Both the position numbers and the translations under genes were made by a program. 64,000 nucleotides of DNA, taken from IMG/VR virus record IMGVR_UViG_3300028283_000495, one strand, 5' to 3'. The notes beneath the pieces are model-generated. The model was not told the origin of the DNA and did no database searches. It saw only the letters and a program-made list of their open reading frames with translations. Shown here one piece after another: positions 57,974-64,000 of this stretch (its first letter is position 1; every line of letters begins with the position of its first letter). The DNA is from a virus.

Positions 57974-58110
57974 ATGGAAGACGAACCTTTATTTTACGAA
58001 GATTTTATATCAACAGAAGACTTTATCAGAGAATTCACGTCAACGAGTGGAAAAATATAAGAAGAACCCAGTTGATAAAAGATATGATAAATGGAAAGTT
58101 AACTAAATGA
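57974..58110 (+). pseudogene. tagged mini-gene with single-base frameshift near 58043
   Basis: MEDEPLFYEDFISTEDFIREFTS, then -1 frame NEWKNIRRTQLIKDMINGK. Confidence 0.55.
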
Positions 58111-58800
58111 TAACACTCTATTTAAAATTTCCATAGCAATTTCACTCTTTCCAGTAAGTTTTTTAAGATTTTTACTACCGTCAAAAGCGTAAGCAATATG
58201 TTCTTTAGCATTAACCATTTCTGATTTTTCGTTAGCTATAACCAAATCACAATGATTTTTAATGAAAGAATCAGCTGCGATTTTAATTAGTTCATCGTGT
58301 TCAACACCGTCTTCAAACTTAAATGATACAAGATAACATTTTGGGTTCCATTCTTTAATATGAGCAAGAATCTTTGGTGTCTGGTAAATCCTTTCCCTTA
58401 AACTTTCAATAAAAGCTTCAGGGTCATTACTCTTTAGTTTAGTATGAATTGGACGGAAACCAAAATCAGAAACAGCCATAGGATGAATAACAACATCCAT
58501 TTCAGGAACAAGTTTTTCCATTACATTGTAAACAGATTCAACATCAGTTACTTCGTGTAATTTAAGACAATTAAAATTATATGGAAATTTATTTTCCGAT
58601 TTTCCAATTCTAATAAAACCATCTGATTTAGGTAATTCAGATCCTTTCACGTAAACAAAATTAATTTCTATTTCAGTATTACTATGTGATATAATAGTAT
58701 CAGCAATCATTGCACCTAATTTACCAGATGAAATGTTTGTTAAAACTCTTACTCCGTCAATATATTCGCGGGTTCCGCCACTTGTGATTAAAATTTCCAT
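58099..58800 (-). CDS. coaB: phosphopantothenate-cysteine ligase-like (CoaB)
   Basis: ILITSGGTREYIDGVRVLTNISSGKLG, AVSDF, SFKFE, CDLVIAN. Confidence 0.85.
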   Translation of the reverse strand: MEILITSGGTREYIDGVRVLTNISSGKLGAMIADTIISHSNTEIEINFVYVKGSELPKSDGFIRIGKSENKFPYNFNCLKLHEVTDVESVYNVMEKLVPEMDVVIHPMAVSDFGFRPIHTKLKSNDPEAFIESLRERIYQTPKILAHIKEWNPKCYLVSFKFEDGVEHDELIKIAADSFIKNHCDLVIANEKSEMVNAKEHIAYAFDGSKNLKKLTGKSEIAMEILNRVLSFS

Positions 58801-59861
58801 TTGATTGATTTTATTAAATGTTTAGTACAGTCTAATTTTCCAAAAGGTTTTTCTCCTCCTCTGTGCCAATGTCCACAATGAGGATGGTCTTTATGATGAA
58901 GTTCAATGTGTAACATACTCATTGGACGACCTTTATCTTTTATAATTACTCTTTTAACTTTACCTAGGTACTGTTGTTTAGAAATTTTATCTCCAACTTT
59001 AAGTTCAGGGTTGGCTTCAATTTCACCGTAAACTACAACTCCTGATTCACCTTTAATATAAATACCGTCAGTATCTAACCAAAAGTCATATCCAGCTTTA
59101 GGACCAGTGAAAGGACAAATATCAATTATTTCACCATCTTCAACTGAAAATACTTCAGTTCCTTCTGGTGCGTAGAGGTCAACTCCACAGTGATGATCAA
59201 AACGTCTACGGATTCCAAATGATCCAACGTGAGGATAAACAGGAATCTGAACTTCTTTATTCAAATCTAAATCGAGAAATGAATAAGAATCATTACTTGT
59301 TCCAACACACTTTAGATTAAGTGGAAATTTCCATTTAGGAGTAGGATTAAGAATATCCATTACCTTTTCAACAATTTCTCTTGTGTTAGGAAGTTTACCC
59401 ATTCCTAAGTCACCACAGGCTAACATACCTTCAACTGGGAAGATTACATGCCAACCATATCTTTTAAGCTTATCAATATTTTCCTGAGTAATAGGATTTT
59501 CCCACATATTAGTATTCATAGCGGGACATACAATACGAACCTTATCAGGAAGGGCCAGAACAGTGGCTAACAGAAAACTATCTGATATTCCACCAGCGAT
59601 TTTTGCTATTGTATTTGCAGTACCAGGCACTAAAAGGAAAGCATCACACCATTTAGATTCTTCGATGTGGATAGTCTGGTCTGGGGTTTCAGTTTTAAGA
59701 TTACCTTTACTTATAACATTAACTGCTGCAGATGGACAAAAATTATGAGCACTATCACTCATAATAACATGAACTTCATTACCCATATTCTGCAAGCCTG
59801 ATATAACATCAATGGCTTTATAAGCAGCGATACCACCCGTTATTCCTACTAAGATTTTCAT
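58788..59861 (-). CDS. coaC: CoaC-like flavoprotein (HFCD family) fused to M23 peptidase
   Basis: KILVGITGGIAAYKA, PGTANTIAK, PAMNTNMWENP, LACGDLGMGKLP; then HCGVDLYAPEGTEV (HxxxD) and LHIELH (HxH); likely start 59861. Confidence 0.85.
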   Translation of the reverse strand: MKILVGITGGIAAYKAIDVISGLQNMGNEVHVIMSDSAHNFCPSAAVNVISKGNLKTETPDQTIHIEESKWCDAFLLVPGTANTIAKIAGGISDSFLLATVLALPDKVRIVCPAMNTNMWENPITQENIDKLKRYGWHVIFPVEGMLACGDLGMGKLPNTREIVEKVMDILNPTPKWKFPLNLKCVGTSNDSYSFLDLDLNKEVQIPVYPHVGSFGIRRRFDHHCGVDLYAPEGTEVFSVEDGEIIDICPFTGPKAGYDFWLDTDGIYIKGESGVVVYGEIEANPELKVGDKISKQQYLGKVKRVIIKDKGRPMSMLHIELHHKDHPHCGHWHRGGEKPFGKLDCTKHLIKSIKWKF

Positions 59862-59936
59862 ACATTTTATTTTACTATACAAAATTACTAAATATTCCTT
59901 AAACAAAAAATAAAAATAATGTTAAAAATAACAATT

Positions 59937-59960
59937 ATGACAATATTTATATAATATATA
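59937..59960 (+). promoter_or_regulatory. ATGAC-N13-TATATA motif
   Basis: ATGAC AATATTTATATAA TATATA, 6 nt before ATG 59967. Confidence 0.6.
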
Positions 59961-59966
59961 CGTTTT

Positions 59967-60383
59967 ATGGAGAACAAATTTGAGATATTAGAGATTATAG
60001 ATAAGCATATTGATTTGGAAAATTACGTTGCTCCGTCTATTAATTCACCCAGACAGGATTGGTTTGATGCTCATAATAAAATAAATGACGAACTCAGAGA
60101 AAAGGGATTAATAGGTGAGCACCAGAATATTTATTTTTCTTTTGACGTGCGTGGTAAGATTGATAACATCCATCTTCAATTAGAAACAAGGTGTTTACCA
60201 GATAGAATACCAGAGGAAAGATTTGAAATAGATGGTGCTGACGTGGTGGTAAGAAGAAGAGATTTAGAAGACATAGAGGCTGCGGCTGAAGCTGAAAGAA
60301 AGGCTAGATTCGATTTTAGATCAGATGAATGGAAGAACTATAAGAGAACAAAAATGATGGATAGAATGTTAAATGGAATTTGA
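59967..60383 (+). CDS. hypothetical protein with C-terminal tag, paralog of the first half of 60373..61179
   Basis: DWFDAHNKINDELREKG vs DWHEIHALINEELREKG; ends DEWKNYKRTKMMDRMLNG. Confidence 0.75.
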   Translation: MENKFEILEIIDKHIDLENYVAPSINSPRQDWFDAHNKINDELREKGLIGEHQNIYFSFDVRGKIDNIHLQLETRCLPDRIPEERFEIDGADVVVRRRDLEDIEAAAEAERKARFDFRSDEWKNYKRTKMMDRMLNGI

Positions 60384-61179
60384 ATACGAAGATAGAATGG
60401 AGATGATTAAGGTCATCGATAGTTATTTAGATATAGCTAATTACGAACACAGTAGAAGAAATTACGTACTTAATAAGTCTGGTTTAGTTATACCTAATGT
60501 AACAGTTAATAAAGACTGGCACGAAATACACGCACTTATTAATGAAGAACTCAGAGAAAAAGGGTTTTTTTCTGATAGACATACGCTCTTTATTCATTTT
60601 GATGCATATACTGGAAAAATAGAATCTATTTATATTGAATTAGAAATTCCGCACGAAACAGAAGAAACTCACGACGAATACGAAGTTGGTGATTGTGAAA
60701 TAAAAATAACAAAAAAAGATTCTTTTGTTATAAGTAAAAAAACTGAATTGAGATTTGATTTCAGTCCTTCTGAATGGAAAAATTTCAAAAGAACAGAATT
60801 AATGGATAGAATGTTAAATGAAAAAGTTTTATGTAAAAAATCAATATATTACGAAAATCAATTTCACCCAGGTTTAAACGGTTACTCATTTCTAGAAGGT
60901 AATTTATATCTCATTGTTAATCACTATCAACAAGGAGAAAAAGGCGAAGGTTACTGGGTAGAAACAGAATTATTTAATAGAAACCAAGAGAGATTTCCTG
61001 GTCGTATGACTACTGGTTTCTTTGCTACCGATGATGAATTTTCAAGAAAACATAAAGCTTACGGTTACATTCATTATATAGGAGATTATTTCTTTTTACC
61101 AAATGAAACTAGTAATATAATAAGAACTAATTTAATAGATAAAATTTTAAATAAAGAAAAATTTAGCTTATCTTTGTAA
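60373..61179 (+). CDS. fusion of two tagged modules
   Basis: Internal SEWKNFKRTELMDRMLNEK and terminal NIIRTNLIDKILN. Confidence 0.75.
   Translation: MEFEYEDRMEMIKVIDSYLDIANYEHSRRNYVLNKSGLVIPNVTVNKDWHEIHALINEELREKGFFSDRHTLFIHFDAYTGKIESIYIELEIPHETEETHDEYEVGDCEIKITKKDSFVISKKTELRFDFSPSEWKNFKRTELMDRMLNEKVLCKKSIYYENQFHPGLNGYSFLEGNLYLIVNHYQQGEKGEGYWVETELFNRNQERFPGRMTTGFFATDDEFSRKHKAYGYIHYIGDYFFLPNETSNIIRTNLIDKILNKEKFSLSL
61169..61176 (+). promoter_or_regulatory. TAnnTTTG promoter element
   Basis: TATCTTTG 17 nt before the ligase ATG. Confidence 0.55.
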
Positions 61180-61193
61180 AAATAAACAAAACT

Positions 61194-62330
61194 ATGCAGC
61201 GACATCTCTTTAAACTAAGCAAACAGAACAAGATATTACACTACGTTGTTCAAGTTATAGATAATAAAACTAGTTCTCAACTAGTTACAGATAAAGGGCA
61301 ATTTCTAGGAGCCTACCAGTCTGATACAAAAGAATTTGTGATTGGTAAAAATGTTGGTAGAGCCAACGAAACTACACACTTTCAGCAAGCTATATCAGAG
61401 GCTGATTCCAAAGTAAATAAACAAAAAGACGAAGGTTATAAATTATGGGATGGTGATCTTGTTCCAGGACCAAATGTAGCAAAAGAAATTTTAGAATGGC
61501 TTACAGATCAAGGCAAAGGCACTGACGCATCTGGTGATTTAAAACCAATGTTGGCACACAAAGATTTAAAAAGTATCAAATTTCCATGTCTCATTCAAAG
61601 AAAATATGACGGAATTCGTTGTTTCAGTAAAGTGAATGGTGGAACCACAATGAAATCTAGAAACGGAAAAGATTTCAACTATCTTCAACACATTATGAAT
61701 GATTTAGGATTAAATTTCACTAACTGTATTGTTGACGGTGAACTTTATTCTAATACACTCACTTTTCAGGAAATACTTTCAAGTGTGAAGAGGGAACAGG
61801 CTTCTAATAAACTTATTTCTTTACGTATTTATGACGTAATTCCACTTGATAATCTTAAATTAAAACAATCAGAAAGAGTAAATTTACTTAATCTTAAACA
61901 AGATTCTACTTGTCTTCACCCAGTTGAAACTTACACGGTTAACAACATCGAAGAGGTTAAAGTGTATTTTGCTCAATTTATTGAAGAAGGGTACGAAGGT
62001 GCTATTCTTAGGAACCTTAACGGTGAATACGAATTCGGTGGAAGGTCTAGGGATCTTATTAAATATAAGGAATTCGATGATGATGAATTCGAAATCGTTG
62101 ATGTTATTGAAGCAAGTGGTAGGGACGAAGGAACTGCTATTTTTGTAATGTGTAATAAAAACGATCAAATCTTCAACGCTAGACCAAAAGGCACTAGGGA
62201 AATTAGAAGGGAATATCTTTTGAATAAAAAAGAACTGATTGGAAAAATGGGAACTGTACAATATCAAGGTCTAACTGACGACGGTGTGCCTCGCTTCCCT
62301 GTTTTCAAGTGTGTGAGGGATTATGAATAA
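61194..62330 (+). CDS. ATP-dependent DNA ligase with WGR-like N-terminal domain
   Basis: QRKYDGIRC (I), VDGELY (III), YEGAILR (IV), RSRDLIKYK (V), OB fold PRFPVF. Confidence 0.95.
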   Translation: MQRHLFKLSKQNKILHYVVQVIDNKTSSQLVTDKGQFLGAYQSDTKEFVIGKNVGRANETTHFQQAISEADSKVNKQKDEGYKLWDGDLVPGPNVAKEILEWLTDQGKGTDASGDLKPMLAHKDLKSIKFPCLIQRKYDGIRCFSKVNGGTTMKSRNGKDFNYLQHIMNDLGLNFTNCIVDGELYSNTLTFQEILSSVKREQASNKLISLRIYDVIPLDNLKLKQSERVNLLNLKQDSTCLHPVETYTVNNIEEVKVYFAQFIEEGYEGAILRNLNGEYEFGGRSRDLIKYKEFDDDEFEIVDVIEASGRDEGTAIFVMCNKNDQIFNARPKGTREIRREYLLNKKELIGKMGTVQYQGLTDDGVPRFPVFKCVRDYE

Positions 62331-63129
62331 ATACTACATACCAACGTACAGAGAATGCTTAAGAATTACAAAATCATTTCCACCAAAGACTTTCTACGAA
62401 ACTAGAAGACTCTACGATGATTATAAATTCTCTTTCTTTAATTATAGATTAGCCGAATATAAACAATTCAGAGAAGCTAACGCCTTTGAAATGAAAGGTA
62501 TAACTTTTCTACATCACGAAGGCGTTACTACACATTCTTTAATGTTTAATAAATTCTGGGAACTTAATCAGTACCCAGAATTTAACTACGATCTCTTTAA
62601 AGATAAAAAAATTAAAAAGGTCATGGTGAAAGAAGACGGTAATCTTATATCCTTTATAAAATTACCAGACGGTAGAATAATATCTAAAGTTAAAGAAGGT
62701 TTTAAATCTATCTTTAATAAGACTGCCAACCAATTCATACAAGATAATCCTATCTATTATAAATTCATAGAGTATTGTATTGATAATGATATTGTTCCAT
62801 TATTTGAATTAGTTGGGGAGAACAGGATTGTTTTGAAGTACGATAAGAATGATTTGATACTTTTAAATTTAAGGAACAACTTAACTGGTGAGTATATTGA
62901 TTATTTGGATTACGATTTAGAAGGTATTAATATAGTTAGAAATGAGAACCATAGTCTTGATGAATTAGTGGAGTTAGCTAAAGAGAAAGAATATTTTGAA
63001 GGTTGGGTAGTGCAGTTCGAAGACGACACTCTTTTAAAGGTAAAGACACAATGGTACTATGATTATACTGAGTTTTTACTTGATAAATTTAATATGAAAA
63101 GGAAGAAAGAGAATCAATCAAATATGTAA
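62323..63129 (+). CDS. T4 Rnl1-like RNA ligase (catalytic domain only)
   Basis: KFWELNQ, VKEDGNLI (I), FELVG (III), EGWVV (IV), KVKTQWY (V). Confidence 0.85.
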   Translation: MNKYYIPTYRECLRITKSFPPKTFYETRRLYDDYKFSFFNYRLAEYKQFREANAFEMKGITFLHHEGVTTHSLMFNKFWELNQYPEFNYDLFKDKKIKKVMVKEDGNLISFIKLPDGRIISKVKEGFKSIFNKTANQFIQDNPIYYKFIEYCIDNDIVPLFELVGENRIVLKYDKNDLILLNLRNNLTGEYIDYLDYDLEGINIVRNENHSLDELVELAKEKEYFEGWVVQFEDDTLLKVKTQWYYDYTEFLLDKFNMKRKKENQSNM

Positions 63130-63545
63130 TTATCAATCTCTTGATAAATGAATCTTGTTAGGTTATCTAAATTCTCTTCTGAAATATAATCCTTGTAATC
63201 TAAACCAACTAAACCTATAACGTAATCTCTAATATCGTCAAGAGGTGGGAGTATTGTACCATAACTTTTTGCAGCTATCTGTTTTTCAAACCATTCCATA
63301 GATTTTTCAACTATATCTTGATATTCGAGAAGTCCCATGAGTGTAAGTTTTTGGTAATTTATATGGAGTATCATTGAATCAGATTGTTTATCGTAATCCC
63401 AAGCGTTATCTATTCTACCTTCTTCTCTACATCTATATTCGTCCATTGGTTGGTCGTCGTCCCAATAGGATTCGAAAACTTTTTGATTGAATTTACCGTC
63501 AACGTAGAAAGCCTTTTCGAATTTTTCGTAATTTTTAATTGGCAT
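63114..63545 (-). CDS. hypothetical protein
   Basis: IKNYEKFEK N-terminus; AATATATA upstream. Confidence 0.6.
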   Translation of the reverse strand: MPIKNYEKFEKAFYVDGKFNQKVFESYWDDDQPMDEYRCREEGRIDNAWDYDKQSDSMILHINYQKLTLMGLLEYQDIVEKSMEWFEKQIAAKSYGTILPPLDDIRDYVIGLVGLDYKDYISEENLDNLTRFIYQEIDNYIFD

Positions 63546-63619
63546 TAAGAGATTATAATTTTCTACTATATATTAAAAACTTAAATCGGATTTTATTCTA
63601 TATAAATAAAAAATCGTTT

Positions 63620-64000
63620 ATGATAAGAATATACGACTGTTCTAATTCACCCGAGAGTGAACACGGAAGAGATTACGGTCCAAAAGAAAATGATATAATT
63701 AAAAGTTTAAAAGAGTTTGCTAGGACTTTTGATAGTAAGTTTGTAAATAGTATGGCAGACGTTCTAATAACAAACGATATATTTCCCAGTGAATTAAGAG
63801 ATATAGATATGCCTAAGATTAAAAGAATGGATGGTATATACTGGCACAACGAACAAAAACATAAAAACGATCAACTTAACGCTTCAGCAGAAATATCTGA
63901 TCACGTTATATTTATATCAGAATTTAGTAGAAAAGCTTTAACCACACTTTACCCAGACATTAGAATTAAATCTTCATCTGTTATTCTTAACACAGCAGAT
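63620..64000 (+). CDS. GT-B (family 4-like) glycosyltransferase, 3'-partial (not in track)
   Basis: Hand translation ...KIKRMDGIY...SDHVIFISEFS...VILNTAD; TATAAATA (T4 late-type) at 63601. Confidence 0.6.
   Translation, partial: MIRIYDCSNSPESEHGRDYGPKENDIIKSLKEFARTFDSKFVNSMADVLITNDIFPSELRDIDMPKIKRMDGIYWHNEQKHKNDQLNASAEISDHVIFISEFSRKALTTLYPDIRIKSSSVILNTAD

Noticed and set aside
2929-61179. Diversity-generating retroelement or integron as the cause of the shared tags
   Set aside because: No reverse transcriptase, integron integrase, attC-like palindromes or adenine-specific template/variable pair in this window.
1-64000. Stop-codon reassignment as in some Bacteroidota megaphages
   Set aside because: Long conserved genes are intact under code 11, and TAA, TAG and TGA all end genes at sensible, often overlapping positions.
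1-64000. CRISPR array
   Set aside because: No regularly spaced identical repeats with unique spacers; the repeats seen are coding (GTS, LRR, tag).

Overview
A 64-kb AT-rich segment of a large T4-like (myovirus-type) jumbo phage genome, read with standard genetic code 11. The host is probably a Bacteroidota: five TAnnTTTG promoter elements, A-rich SD-poor start regions and a Flavobacterium-type lysozyme-like protein point that way. Core genes are a gp46/SbcC ATPase (probably fused to gp47 upstream of the window), gp61-like primase, ATP-dependent DNA ligase, Rnl1-like RNA ligase, a gp15-like tail completion protein, a 1429-aa probable baseplate protein and (G-T-S)n collagen-like fibres. Mobile content is four free-standing homing-type endonucleases (HNH, GIY-YIG, two PD-(D/E)XK) and a solo TnpB. 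The most unusual items are: (1) two tRNA-Glu-like genes that both lack a canonical anticodon loop; (2) about 17 otherwise unrelated small genes sharing a C-terminal K-x-x-x-R-T-x-L-I-D-x-M-L-N-E tag whose DNA usually contains the start codon of the next gene; (3) about 19 late genes with an N-terminal motif resembling the T4 capsid-targeting signal, including an LRR array and several enzymes; (4) GGDEF-radical SAM and CoaC-M23 peptidase fusions. Several lesions (a foreign insert, deletions, single-base frameshifts) may be real or assembly errors. No CRISPR array or rRNA was seen. All family assignments come from motif recognition by eye; no database search was run.
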